Shown one piece after another: positions 16,678 through 25,503 of a stretch of DNA of 64,000 bases. The stretch is taken from assembly GCA_963665735.1 (NCBI GenBank), contig OY762444.1, forward strand, positions 3,334,673-3,398,672. The letters run 5' to 3'. The notes beneath the pieces were generated by a model. That model was not told where the DNA came from. It did no database searches and saw only the letters and a list, made by a program, of their open reading frames with translations. Source of the stretch: Dehalococcoidia bacterium. Its GTDB lineage: Bacteria > Chloroflexota > Dehalococcoidia > Lucifugimonadales > UBA3495. Numbering within the stretch: the stretch's first letter is position 1; every line of letters starts with the position of its first letter. The translations under genes and the position numbers were made by a program.

Positions 16678-17508
16678 TTACGACATCCCCCGCCATTCCG
16701 TGCCGTCGGTTACGGTCAGGAAATCTTCGATAAGCCGGGGAGCGGAGGCTATGACGCTGGGCGTATAAAGCGTTGAGGGGTTGCCCTGCTTGTCCACCAC
16801 TTGGCCGCCGGCCTCCCGCACCAACAGCAGGCCCGACGCCACGTCCCACGCCGACAGGGAATGGTGGAAGTAGATGTCCAGCCGTCCGGCGGCGGCGTAT
16901 GCCAGGCCCAAGGCTGCCGAACCCATCAGCCGCATACCTTGAATGTCCGGCCACAGCCCCCGAATCATGTCCAGCGCTATGCCGGCCTTTTCGTCCACAT
17001 AACCCAGGTCGAAACCCAGAATGGCCTCCCTGACTTCCTGACGGGAAGAAACGGTCAGCCTTTCGCCGTTGAGGAAAGCCCCCTGTCCTTGTTGGGCGGT
17101 GAAAAGTTCGTCCATAAGCGGGTCATAGGTGACGCCCACCACGATGTCCGCGCCTTTGGCCAGGGCAACCACCAGGCAGAAATGGGGGATTCCCTCGGCG
17201 AAATTGCGGGTGCCGTCAATGGGGTCAACCACCCAGGTATAGTCGGATTCGCCGGTGACCGGCTCCGATTCCTCGGCCAGGATGCCGAATCCGGGGAACT
17301 CAGTCGTCAGCAAGTCCAGGATGGTCTTTTCCGAGGCCAGGTCAACGTCGGTTACGATGTCCGCCCGGCCCTTGAAACTCACCTGGTTATCGCCCTGAAA
17401 TCGGCTGCTGACCAGAGCGCCACCTTGCCGGGCGGCGTCAACGCAAACCTCCAGCACGGAGCGGCCGGAAAGGGAAATGGGTAAAGGTTCGGGGGCTGGT
17501 TGAGTCAT
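16678..17508 (-). CDS. Inositol monophosphatase family protein
   Basis: Contains AEESEP and WVVDPIDGTRNF...WDVASG. I prefer the ATG at 17508 (MTQPAPE), because the longer ORF runs into a repeat element. Confidence 0.85.
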   Translation of the reverse strand: MTQPAPEPLPISLSGRSVLEVCVDAARQGGALVSSRFQGDNQVSFKGRADIVTDVDLASEKTILDLLTTEFPGFGILAEESEPVTGESDYTWVVDPIDGTRNFAEGIPHFCLVVALAKGADIVVGVTYDPLMDELFTAQQGQGAFLNGERLTVSSRQEVREAILGFDLGYVDEKAGIALDMIRGLWPDIQGMRLMGSAALGLAYAAAGRLDIYFHHSLSAWDVASGLLLVREAGGQVVDKQGNPSTLYTPSVIASAPRLIEDFLTVTDGTEWRGMS

Positions 17509-17555
17509 AGACCTACCCTCGGTTGGCGATTGGGCATTGCGAGGCCGTTCCGTGC

Positions 17556-17620
17556 CTGGAATTTCCGGATTCCGGCCCCGTATCAAGTACGGGGTGACGT
17601 TCTTTCGCTGGAATTACGGA
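17556..17620. repeat. Family-A element fragment with the ccccgtatcaagtacgggg hairpin variant
   Basis: Nearly identical to 1140-1205: ggattccggccccgtatcaagtacggggtgacgttctttcgc. Confidence 0.8.
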
Positions 17621-17661
17621 GGGGATGCAAGAATTGTCACGGATGATGTGGACGGCACACC

Positions 17662-18699
17662 CTACCGGACGTAGGAACCCAGCCCCATCTTGTCGTAAAC
17701 CTCGTCCACCGTTTGCTGGGCGATGGCCCTGGCCCGCTGGCCGCCGGCCTCCAGGATTTCCTTGACGAAATCGGGCCGCTTTTCGTACTCCCGCCGCCGT
17801 TCCCGCAGCGGTTCCAGGTAATCGTTGACCGACCCGGCCAGGTGCCGCTTGCAGTCCACGCAGCCCCTTTCCGCCGCCGTACATTCCCGGTAAACGGTCT
17901 GGGTATCAGCCGGCGGCGTGAAAATCCGGTGCAGGGAGTAAACATTGCAAACGTCGGGGCGGCCCGGGATATTCCGAGTGGTGCGCTGGGGGTCGGTGAA
18001 TGCGGCCCGCACTCGCTGGGTGGTTTCTTCCGTCGTGGATGCCAGTTCGATGTGGTTGTCCAGGGACTTGCTCATCTTCTGCTGGCCGTCGAGACCCACG
18101 ATAAGGGGAGCCTCGGTCAGCTTGGCCTGCGGTTCCGGGAAGGTGTCGCCAAAGCGATGGTTGAACCGGCGCACGATTTCCCGGGCCAGTTCCAGGTGGG
18201 GCAACTGGTCTTGTCCCACCGGCACCGTGTCCGCCTTGTAAAGGATAATGTCGGCGGTTTGCAGCACCGGATAGCCAACCAGTCCGTAGTTGACGCTCTC
18301 TTCGGTTTCATCCATCTGCCGCACCTTTTCCTTGAAGGTGGGCACGCGCATCAGCCAACCCAAGGGCGTAACCATGCTCAACAGGGTGTGCAGAACCATG
18401 TGTTCCGGCACCTGGGACTGGACGAATATGGTTGACTCTTCCGGGTCAACGCCGGCGGCCAGCCAGTCCATGACCATTTCGGACACATTGGGCTGGATGT
18501 CGGCCACGTCCTGGGGCGTTTCCAGGGTGGTCAAGGCGTGAACGTCAACCACGGTGTAGATGCACTCATATTCTTGTTGCAGGTCAACCCAGTTCTGCAA
18601 GGCCCCCAGGTAGTTGCCCAAGTGGAGGCGTCCGGTGGGCCGCATCCCCGAAAGGATTACCCCCTTGGTGCGGGTCACGTTGTCGGCTGGCGCGACCAT
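17662..18699 (-). CDS. trpS: Tryptophan--tRNA ligase
   Basis: Contains SGMRPTGRLHLGNYLGA (HIGH-type motif) and KMSKS (QKMSKSLDN). I place the start at ATG 18699 (MVAPADN). Confidence 0.9.
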   Translation of the reverse strand: MVAPADNVTRTKGVILSGMRPTGRLHLGNYLGALQNWVDLQQEYECIYTVVDVHALTTLETPQDVADIQPNVSEMVMDWLAAGVDPEESTIFVQSQVPEHMVLHTLLSMVTPLGWLMRVPTFKEKVRQMDETEESVNYGLVGYPVLQTADIILYKADTVPVGQDQLPHLELAREIVRRFNHRFGDTFPEPQAKLTEAPLIVGLDGQQKMSKSLDNHIELASTTEETTQRVRAAFTDPQRTTRNIPGRPDVCNVYSLHRIFTPPADTQTVYRECTAAERGCVDCKRHLAGSVNDYLEPLRERRREYEKRPDFVKEILEAGGQRARAIAQQTVDEVYDKMGLGSYVR

Positions 18700-18892
18700 A
18701 GTTTCTTTCCCTAGTTTATTTTCCTGCAACCCGCAACGACGACGCAAAGATTGGCCGGCTTGCGGGTTGGCAGCGTTGTGGGGATTCCTGAACGGCAGTC
18801 TAGCACGGCCCCCCAAACCCTTCAAGGTAAAACCGGCACGAAGCCGGCCAACCCCCGGCGCAATGGCCGGAAAAGCGGGCAATACAATGGGG

Positions 18893-18930
18893 CCAAAAAT
18901 CAGGGCCGGAATGTTCAAGTATTCCGGCCC
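18893..18930 (-). terminator. Intrinsic terminator after the collagen-like gene
   Basis: Minus-strand sequence is GGGCCGGAAT-acttgaac-ATTCCGGCCC followed by TGATTTTTGG. The 10-bp stem begins 29 nt after the stop codon. Confidence 0.6.
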
Positions 18931-18958
18931 TGAAACCTTGGAGGCGAGTAGAGTTGGC

Positions 18959-19978
18959 TTAGTTGACCAAGGCGCAGACGGCGTAAACCGTCAGGGTCCA
19001 ATTGCCTGTCCCGGCTCCTATCCGAGAGGCGCTGGCCATCCACGAACCAGGCACCTGGCCGGTTACGCCCACAGGCCGCGATTCCACGATAGCAACGCCG
19101 GCGGAGTCACCGGCCAGGGACGCGCCCCCGGAAATGGCGGCGTGGTCGGCGCTGGCTCCGGCACATTCCGCGCTAACCGTCGCGGTAGTAGCGCTGGGGC
19201 TGCTGGTCACGGTCAGGATTTGCAGTTCGGATACGCCCGGTTCACCCTGGATACCCTGGGGGCCGTGGGGGCCCTGGTCGCCCTTGGGGCCGGGAGCGCC
19301 GCGCAGTCCGGCGGGGCCTTGCGGGCCTTGCGCTCCGGCGGGGCCTTGCGCTCCGGGCGGGCCGGCGGGGCCTTGCTCCCCGGCGCCGGCATCTCCCTTA
19401 ACGCCTTGGGGGCCTTCGGGACCCTGGGGGCCTTGCGGGCCGGCGGGGCCTTGCGGACCGAGGGGGCCGGTGTCGCCCTTGGCGCCCTGGTCACCGATGG
19501 GGCCCTGGGGGCCTACCGGGCCCTGGGGGCCTTGCGGGCCGGGAGGGCCGCCGGGGGTTCCGTCCACTCCGGGTTCGCCCTGTTCACCCTGGGGGCCGGT
19601 GTCGCCTTTTTCACCCGGTTCGCCCTGGGGGCCGCGCTCACCGCGGGGGCCTTGGTCACCGATAGGGCCTTCCGGGCCTCGGGGGCCGCCGGCGGGACCG
19701 GGGTCGCCCTTTTCGCCCCGGGGGCCTTGCGCTCCTCTGGCGCCGTCAGCGCCATTGGCCCCGTCTTGCCCGTCAGCGCCGGCCGGGCCAGCCGGGCCTT
19801 GGGGGCCGGCTGCGCCTTGCGGCCCGGTCGGACCCGTCGGGCCAGTCGGTCCTGCTGCCCCAGGCAATCCCTGCGCTCCGGTGCACGCCGTGGCCACCAG
19901 TATCAAAGCGACGGCGAGGGCCACGGCACCCATCCACTTTTTCATAACCACATCTACCCAATCAGAAGCGAAGTTCAT
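18959..19978 (-). CDS. Collagen-like (Gly-X-Y) triple-helix repeat lipoprotein with a ~95-aa non-collagen C-terminal domain
   Basis: 339 aa with a signal peptide and lipobox (LILVATAC), then about 75 GXY triplets ([25 protein letters not shown]...), then [12 protein letters not shown]...[19 protein letters not shown] lies 8 nt before the ATG. Confidence 0.85.
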   Translation of the reverse strand: MNFASDWVDVVMKKWMGAVALAVALILVATACTGAQGLPGAAGPTGPTGPTGPQGAAGPQGPAGPAGADGQDGANGADGARGAQGPRGEKGDPGPAGGPRGPEGPIGDQGPRGERGPQGEPGEKGDTGPQGEQGEPGVDGTPGGPPGPQGPQGPVGPQGPIGDQGAKGDTGPLGPQGPAGPQGPQGPEGPQGVKGDAGAGEQGPAGPPGAQGPAGAQGPQGPAGLRGAPGPKGDQGPHGPQGIQGEPGVSELQILTVTSSPSATTATVSAECAGASADHAAISGGASLAGDSAGVAIVESRPVGVTGQVPGSWMASASRIGAGTGNWTLTVYAVCALVN

Positions 19979-19999
19979 TTATGTTACCTCCCGCCGGAA

Positions 20000-20028
20000 A
20001 ATATACTATGGGCTATTTTATGCGTCAA
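20000..20028 (-). promoter_or_regulatory. Sigma70-like promoter TTGACG-17 nt-TATATT for the collagen-like gene
   Basis: Minus-strand sequence is cTTGACGcataaaatagcccatagTATATTttccggcGGGAGGtaacataaATG, in an AT-rich spacer. Confidence 0.5.
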
Positions 20029-20184
20029 GTAGCGGCATGGGATTATGCCCCAGCATTTCCTCTGGCAATTTCCTGGTTAGATTTGCCAAATGCCATGACG
20101 ATTTTTGCCAACAAAGTCTAAGGGTTTTTGCAGTTAAACGCAACCAAAAATACCAATATCGCCGCCGGTTTGTCCGGGATTGCC

Positions 20185-21294
20185 CTAATCCGCCCGGCGG
20201 AATCGGCGGGTTGTCGCCGCGTCGCGCCGTCGTAAACGCCCCATAAACGGTTGTGACAGAAAAATTTTGTGCAAATCCGGGGTGGGAATTGGCCCGTTTT
20301 CGCCCGTGGATGCGGGATTGCCGGCCCGCCGGCCAACCTGCCGGCGGGCCGGCCTAACGCAACCCGTCACAGGCCGAGCCATTGCCGTCCCCGTCCAGGC
20401 GGTGCGGGTCTTGCTCCGGGCCGCCGGCCGCTCGGTAGAATGTCTGCATCTGCTCTTAGGTATCGAAGTCGCTGCAATCTCGGTCGGGCCGGCGGGGTGG
20501 TCATTCAGGAAGGGCATTGGGCCGGCCTCCCCAGCATTTCCGACGAGGAAAGGCCGGCCCGATTCAGGCGATAAACCCGTGGCGGGGCGAGCGCAGGTCG
20601 CCAGCATTTTCCCCAGGGCGTCATACTCCCTGGGGGTGGCGGTCAAACCCCAACGACTCTTAATGGCAATCCAGTCGAGGGCGTACACGCACCAATATCC
20701 CTTGTCCGGTGGACGCCAATCCTCCGGGCCGCGGGCGCCCTTTCCCCGGTTGGCGGCGGCGGCAGCGGCGGTCAGGTGTCCGGGATAACGCAGGTCATTA
20801 GCGTAAGCGCGCTTGCGGTCATAGCTCCAAGACCACCCGCCGGAGCGGTGGGCGTTGGCCAGGGGAACCACGTGGTCAACGTCCAGCTTGGCGGGGTCGG
20901 TTACCACCTTTCCCGTGTAGGGGCCGGTCCAGCGTCCGGCGGCTACCTTGCAACCCTTGGGTGACTTGAACGTAACCGGAATTTCCGACTCCGCGATTAG
21001 AACTTCCTGCCGAGCGTCCTGGCAGTCCTTATCCTGGTCAACCCAATGACGCCATTCCTTGCGGTCGTACCGGGGCAAGTCGGCCGGAACCGGAGCCACG
21101 GTCAAGGGTATGTCCGGCGTTGGCGTTGGCAGTATTGAAACGTCCGGTGTTGGCAGTTGTACGGTGGGCAAGATTCCGGCGGGGGAATCCGGCGCTGCGG
21201 TGGGCGGCGGCAAGGGTATGTCCGGCGGTTCTACCGGCATTTCGCAGGCGGTGAACTGGAGGACGATTACAACCGGGACAATGGCCCAAGGCAT
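20185..21294 (-). CDS. Secreted HNH/DUF1524-type nuclease lipoprotein; the C-terminal Excalibur domain is out of frame and interrupted (partly decayed gene)
   Basis: Starts [17 protein letters not shown] and contains [16 protein letters not shown]...AANRGKG. After about residue 290 the open frame becomes Arg-rich nonsense. A shifted frame encodes [42 protein letters not shown], ending at 20354. Confidence 0.6.
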   Translation of the reverse strand: MPWAIVPVVIVLQFTACEMPVEPPDIPLPPPTAAPDSPAGILPTVQLPTPDVSILPTPTPDIPLTVAPVPADLPRYDRKEWRHWVDQDKDCQDARQEVLIAESEIPVTFKSPKGCKVAAGRWTGPYTGKVVTDPAKLDVDHVVPLANAHRSGGWSWSYDRKRAYANDLRYPGHLTAAAAAANRGKGARGPEDWRPPDKGYWCVYALDWIAIKSRWGLTATPREYDALGKMLATCARPATGLSPESGRPFLVGNAGEAGPMPFLNDHPAGPTEIAATSIPKSRCRHSTERPAARSKTRTAWTGTAMARPVTGCVRPARRQVGRRAGNPASTGENGPIPTPDLHKIFLSQPFMGRLRRRDAATTRRFRRAD

Positions 21295-21424
21295 GAAGAG
21301 ATTGAGTCTAAACAAATCGGGGCAACCTCCGCCGGTGTTGGCGTATCCGCACTGCAAAAATTGTAAGGGGATGCAGTCGGGACACGCTACGCGGAAGTGT
21401 CAGTAAATTTAACCCCGATTCGGT

Positions 21425-22012
21425 TCAGGCGTAGGTGGGGGCAGACTCCGTTTCGTCGTCGGGGTCTTCGCCCTTGTGGGCCATGACCACGAAGAGCGGG
21501 TCCCCCGGCGGGGCATCATTGGGGTTGGCCAGTCCGCCCTGCACCCGGCAGAAATTGCCGGCGTATTGCAGGTAAGCCGCCACCAGGTCCAGGTGGCCCC
21601 GGTCGTTGTTGGCCCGCCAGATTCGCACCGCCTTGGTGGGAAACATCCGGTTGGAGAAGGTGACAATGAAAATGCCGTCGTCCTTCAGGATGCGGTTGAC
21701 CTGGCGGAAAGTCTCGACGGGGTTGGTCAGGTACTGCACCGACACGGTGATAACCACGGCGTCGAAAGTTTCGTCGTCAAAGGGCAGTTCGGTATCGCGG
21801 TTAACGTCGTGGACGACGTAATCGGCCAAGTCGGGGTTGTCGGCCATTTCCGCCGCGTTCAAGCCCAGGCCCACCATGCCGGCCTTGGGATGGCCGGCCG
21901 GCCAGTGGGAGCGCCAACTGCTCATGAGGTCCAGGACGTAAGAATCGGCGGGAATGAAGTCGCGAAACAGCCGGCCCACGGTGGCGATTGCCCCGTCGTC
22001 TATATGCACCAC
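21425..22012 (-). CDS. Class I SAM-dependent methyltransferase (conserved N-terminus continues upstream to about 22093 without a canonical start)
   Basis: Contains VLDLMSSWRSHWP...DAVVITVSVQYLTNPVETFRQVNRILKDDGIFIVTFSNR. The upstream in-frame segment encodes TEQPLPPHYFQREDESSDRIFYTDPRKV. Confidence 0.8.
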   Translation of the reverse strand: MVHIDDGAIATVGRLFRDFIPADSYVLDLMSSWRSHWPAGHPKAGMVGLGLNAAEMADNPDLADYVVHDVNRDTELPFDDETFDAVVITVSVQYLTNPVETFRQVNRILKDDGIFIVTFSNRMFPTKAVRIWRANNDRGHLDLVAAYLQYAGNFCRVQGGLANPNDAPPGDPLFVVMAHKGEDPDDETESAPTYA

Positions 22013-22312
22013 CTTGCGGGGGTCGGTGTAGAAAATTCGGTCGCTGGACTCGTCTTCCCGTTGAAAGTAATGGGGCGGCAGCGGTTGTTCCGTGGCGGGG
22101 CCTCCTCAAATACGCTGGAAAGAAGTTTCGCGTCTGGTTTGGCATGATTGTACCACTTGAAAGCCACCTCCAAACGAAACTCTCCCTGCGCCACGGATAT
22201 CCGGGTAAGGCAGTTGGTGGGTGCCGGTTTGCCCTTTGGGATGCGATGATTTACCATTTCGCCGGGGATGCCGTTGTTCTTGGCGACGGACTTATCCTAT
22301 CGGGAGCGGATT

Positions 22313-22564
22313 ATGTCAGAAGAGTTGCTTAGCACCATAGTGATTGTGATAACGGTTCTAACTGTGGGGATTTCATTGGGAGCGTTGTTGGTCACCCTGA
22401 TGGTACGCCAGGAAAAGAGCGCCGATCAAAGGTTTGACCGGCTGGAAACTCGCATAGATTCAATGGATGAACGTCTCCGCCACCTGGAACAGGGCCAAGC
22501 TCATCTTTCCGGCGAATTGTCCGCTCTGAAAGATTTTTTCGTCCACCGGCTTGGGCCGGAATAA
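22313..22564 (+). CDS. Small N-terminally membrane-anchored coiled-coil protein (paralog 1)
   Basis: Sequence is MSEELLSTIVIVITVLTVGISLGALLVTLMV...RFDRLETRIDSMDERLRHLEQGQAHLSGELSALKDFFVHRLGPE. The C-terminal motif is shared with 22652 and 56149. Confidence 0.6.
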   Translation: MSEELLSTIVIVITVLTVGISLGALLVTLMVRQEKSADQRFDRLETRIDSMDERLRHLEQGQAHLSGELSALKDFFVHRLGPE

Positions 22565-22651
22565 AACTGCAACCGAGATTGGGGGAAAGATGTCCACCGA
22601 CGAAGCCCGCGCCTTGGCAACGGACTTATCCTATCTGGTCTGGAGCGGATT

Positions 22652-22870
22652 GTGTCGGCAGAGTTGGTTGGGATTATCAGCATCGGGGTAACGCTCCTGG
22701 CCGTGGGCATTTCGTTAGGGGCGTTGATAGTAACCTTGATGATGCGCCAGGAAAGGCTCATGGATTCAATGGATGAACGCCTCCGCCACCTGGAACAGGG
22801 GCAAGCCCATCTTTCCGGCGAATTGTCCGCTCTGAAAGATTTTTTCGTCCACCGGCTTGGGCCGGAATAA
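22652..22870 (+). CDS. Small N-terminally membrane-anchored coiled-coil protein (paralog 2, GTG start, internal deletion)
   Basis: 72 aa. The last 38 residues are identical to paralog 1. Confidence 0.55.
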   Translation: MSAELVGIISIGVTLLAVGISLGALIVTLMMRQERLMDSMDERLRHLEQGQAHLSGELSALKDFFVHRLGPE

Positions 22871-22895
22871 AACTGCAACCGAGATTGGGGGAAAT

Positions 22896-23267
22896 ATGTC
22901 CACCGACGAAGCCCGCGCCTTCCTGGAACAGACCGGCCAGAACCGGGGTTACACCCTGGAAATGCACCGCATCATGGCCGAGGCCGACCTGGAATGGGCG
23001 CAGAAGTACAACGCCTTTATCGAGGCCACCTACACCGGCCAGCGCACCCTGGACCGCAAGACCAAGGAGTTGTTACAAATCGTGGTGGAGGCGGCGCTGC
23101 GGGCCGACGTGGAGCAGATTCAGGCCCACGTGCGGGTTGCCTTGCAGGAAGGGGCCACACCGCGGGAGATTCTGGAAGCGTTGCAGGCCGTCATTGCGCC
23201 GATGGGAGCCTTGGCTTTCCGGCGGGGCCTGCAAGCCTGGGCCGCCGAAACCGGGTTCGACGCTTAG
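22896..23267 (+). CDS. Carboxymuconolactone decarboxylase (AhpD-like) family protein
   Basis: Sequence is MSTDEARAFLEQTGQNRGYTLEMHRIMAEADLEWAQKYNAF...DRKTKELLQIVVEAAL, a CMD-fold pattern. I place the start at ATG 22896. Confidence 0.75.
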   Translation: MSTDEARAFLEQTGQNRGYTLEMHRIMAEADLEWAQKYNAFIEATYTGQRTLDRKTKELLQIVVEAALRADVEQIQAHVRVALQEGATPREILEALQAVIAPMGALAFRRGLQAWAAETGFDA

Positions 23268-23323
23268 CCGCCGTTCCCCGGTTTACGCCGGGCGCGGCAA
23301 TGTGGTTGCCCTTGTGGGATGTA

Positions 23324-23424
23324 CCGTAATTCCGGCGAAAGCCGGGATCCAGAAACGCCCCGCCTGGAACAGCGTCCTTCCTGGCAAAGAATCCTGGATA
23401 CCGGCCTACGCCGGTATGACGGGT
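23324..23424. repeat. Complete family-A element (~100 bp) with TIRs
   Basis: Sequence is ccgtaattccggcgaaagccgggatccagaaacgcc...gaatcctggataccggcctacgccggtatgacggg. The ends are reverse complements of each other, and each contains its own CCGGCG-N3-GCCGG hairpin. Confidence 0.8.
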
Positions 23425-23501
23425 TTGTCCGGTCAGTCATCAATGCAACAGCGACAGACCGTTAGGGCAGCTACATCATCCGCCGCCCGTTTTCGGCGAG
23501 G

Positions 23502-24287
23502 TTACTTTTCCCACTGGACGGGGTTGGTCAGCGTTCCGATGCCCTGGATGGTGATGTCGCAAACGTCGCCGTCCTTCATGTTCTCCGGCGCGCCGTCGGT
23601 GCCCATCCACAGCACATCCCGCGGGTGCAGGGTCATGTACTGGCTCATGCGGCTGATGTAGTGGCGGACGCCGAAGATGGCCCCGGACATATTGTATTTG
23701 CTGATGAACGTCCCGTTCAGGCTGATGCTGACTTCGCAGTCCTCCGGGTCAATGCCGTCGGTCTCAATCCACGGCCCCATCGGCTTGAAGGTGTCGGAGT
23801 TCTTGGCCCGCCAAAGGGTGCGGTCGCCCCGCTGCCAGGTGCGCTCGCTAACGTCGTTGCCGATGGTGTACCCCAGAACGTAATCCAGGGCCTCTTCCTC
23901 AGAGACCCGGCGGCAGGTCTTGCCGATAACCACCACCAGCTCCCCCTCGTATTGAAAGACCTCGGTGGCGTCACTGGGAACGATGATGGGGTCGTTGTGG
24001 CCGCAAAGGGCGTTGTTGGCCCGATAGCCCACGTCGGCGGCGGGAGGAAAGACGGGTTCCTCACCTCGCTTTTCCGCCATTTCGGTGACGTGCTCCCGGA
24101 AGTTGATTCCGGCGGCGTAGAAGGTGGGAGGGATGACCGGCGGCAGCAGCTTTACCGAGTCCAAGGCGTGGCTGTGGTCGGTTCTGGTGTAGCCGTCAAA
24201 GGGGTCGCCGGATACCTGGATGACGTTATCGCCCTCGATAATGCCGTAGGAAGGACTGTCGCCGTGCTGAAATCTGCACCACCTCAT
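23502..24287 (-). CDS. Fumarylacetoacetate hydrolase (FAH) family protein
   Basis: 261 aa containing EGELVVVIGK, GYTIGNDVSER and the pattern of the FAH C-terminal domain. Confidence 0.85.
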   Translation of the reverse strand: MRWCRFQHGDSPSYGIIEGDNVIQVSGDPFDGYTRTDHSHALDSVKLLPPVIPPTFYAAGINFREHVTEMAEKRGEEPVFPPAADVGYRANNALCGHNDPIIVPSDATEVFQYEGELVVVIGKTCRRVSEEEALDYVLGYTIGNDVSERTWQRGDRTLWRAKNSDTFKPMGPWIETDGIDPEDCEVSISLNGTFISKYNMSGAIFGVRHYISRMSQYMTLHPRDVLWMGTDGAPENMKDGDVCDITIQGIGTLTNPVQWEK

Positions 24288-24453
24288 TGCGGTTGCTCCT
24301 TACGTCCAAAGTGGGGGATTCGCGAATAAAACCGACCCTTGCGGGGCGGGCGCCTGTTGGCCCCAATTCTGGCACCAACGGCGGTAGGGGTCAAGGTTGG
24401 CGGAATGGACGGCAAGGGCATGGGGTTGCAAAGCCGCGCGGCCCTAACCTGGT

Positions 24454-25467
24454 CTAACCGCTCATTACCGTCCACCGGCCGCTCATCTGCCAGACCAGGC
24501 AGGCCGCCCCGACAATCCCCGGTTCCTCCAATGCGGCGGGAACCAGCGCAAAGTCCAGGTGGCGGCGGCTCATGGCTCGGTCGGCGATTCCCTGGCGTAT
24601 GGATTCCAGCAGTCCGGCCCGGCGCAAGCCGCGGGTGACGCCGCCGCCCAGCACAATCAAGTCCGGGTTGAACAGGTGCAGCAAGTCGGCCAGCCCGATG
24701 GACAGGACTTGGCAAGCCTCTCCCCGCAATTCCAGGGCCAACGAATCGCCGGCGTCGGCGGCCTGGAACACTTTTTCCGACGTGACGGCTGCCGGGTCAA
24801 GGGAGGACATCGCCGATTGCGCGTCGGGTTCCGCCAGCCGGTTGCGAGCGTTGCGGGCGATGGCCGTCCCGGAGGCCAGAGCCTCCAGGCAGCCGTAGTT
24901 TCCGCACTGGCATTGCGGAGCGTCGGGGCCGTGGTCTATGGTGATGTGGCCCACTTCGGCGGCCATGCCGTGGGAGCCGGCCAGCATATGTCCGTGGTCT
25001 ATCACGCCGCCGCCGATGCCGGTGCTGATGGTGACGTAAACCAGGGTTTTGGCCGGACGGTTTTCCTGCCGGGCCTGCAAGCCCGCGCCGCAGGTGTATT
25101 CCCCCAGGGCGGCCAGGCTGGCGTCGTTGCCGATAAACACCCGTTGGCCCAGCCGGGATTCCCAAACCGATTTCAAGGAAACCCCGTCCAGCGCCGGCAG
25201 GTTGGGCGGTTCGTGGAAAGTGCCGGTCTCGGCGTCTATCGGGCCGGCGGCGGCAATGCCGATGCCGGCGATGGGAGAGTCGCCGCACCAGGCGATAGCA
25301 TCCCTTAGTACGCCTTCCGCCCGTTCCAGCAGGTCTTCCTTGGCCGCCCCGGGGACATTGGGCCGGCGCTCGTCCCAGAGCAGATTTCCCTGTCGGTCAG
25401 CAACCGCGGCGCGCACCCAGGTGCCGCCCCAGTCCATAGCGACGGCCAGTTCCGGTGTATCGGGCAT
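24454..25467 (-). CDS. ROK family sugar kinase (glucokinase-like)
   Basis: Contains AMDWGGTWVRAAV, GIGIAAAGPID, NDASLAALGE and the ROK zinc motif CQCGNYGCLEA. Confidence 0.88.
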   Translation of the reverse strand: MPDTPELAVAMDWGGTWVRAAVADRQGNLLWDERRPNVPGAAKEDLLERAEGVLRDAIAWCGDSPIAGIGIAAAGPIDAETGTFHEPPNLPALDGVSLKSVWESRLGQRVFIGNDASLAALGEYTCGAGLQARQENRPAKTLVYVTISTGIGGGVIDHGHMLAGSHGMAAEVGHITIDHGPDAPQCQCGNYGCLEALASGTAIARNARNRLAEPDAQSAMSSLDPAAVTSEKVFQAADAGDSLALELRGEACQVLSIGLADLLHLFNPDLIVLGGGVTRGLRRAGLLESIRQGIADRAMSRRHLDFALVPAALEEPGIVGAACLVWQMSGRWTVMSG

Positions 25468-25503
25468 CTTTCACCCCGTATTTCCCAAGCAAATGCCGGG
25501 CGG

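Larger units (their letters stand above)
22280..22919. repeat. Tandem segmental duplication (334 bp + 306 bp), each copy carrying a small TM/coiled-coil gene plus the first 24 nt of the downstream CMD gene
   Basis: The segment ttggc(g/a)acggacttatcctatc...ggccggaataaaactgcaaccgagattgggggaaa(g/t)atgtccaccgacgaagcccgcgcc occurs twice back to back, with the junction at 22613/22614. Confidence 0.9.

Noticed and set aside
18700-18958. T-box leader upstream of trpS
   Set aside because: A 10-bp stem (CAACCCGCAA...TTGCGGGTTG) is present, but I could find no T-box consensus (AAnnnGGGTGGnACC). There is no specifier-loop context for UGG and no terminator/antiterminator alternative. Part of the region is the terminator of the upstream collagen-like gene.
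19000-19900. Collagen-like repeat region as the target of a diversity-generating retroelement or phase-variation system
   Set aside because: There is no reverse transcriptase, template repeat or invertase nearby. The repetitiveness is explained by Gly-X-Y coding.
22094-22110. TGA upstream of the methyltransferase as a second selenocysteine codon
   Set aside because: The frame upstream of this TGA translates to non-protein-like sequence (...QTRRETSFQRI). The TGA overlaps a perfect SD (GAGGAGG). It looks like a true frame boundary, not recoding.
24288-24453. Attenuator or riboswitch between the ROK kinase and FAH-family genes
   Set aside because: The spacer contains a plausible TTGACC-17 nt-CAGAAT promoter. 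It also contains an imperfect hairpin followed by TTTTATT, but the stem has a mismatch and I recognise no riboswitch consensus. The evidence is insufficient.
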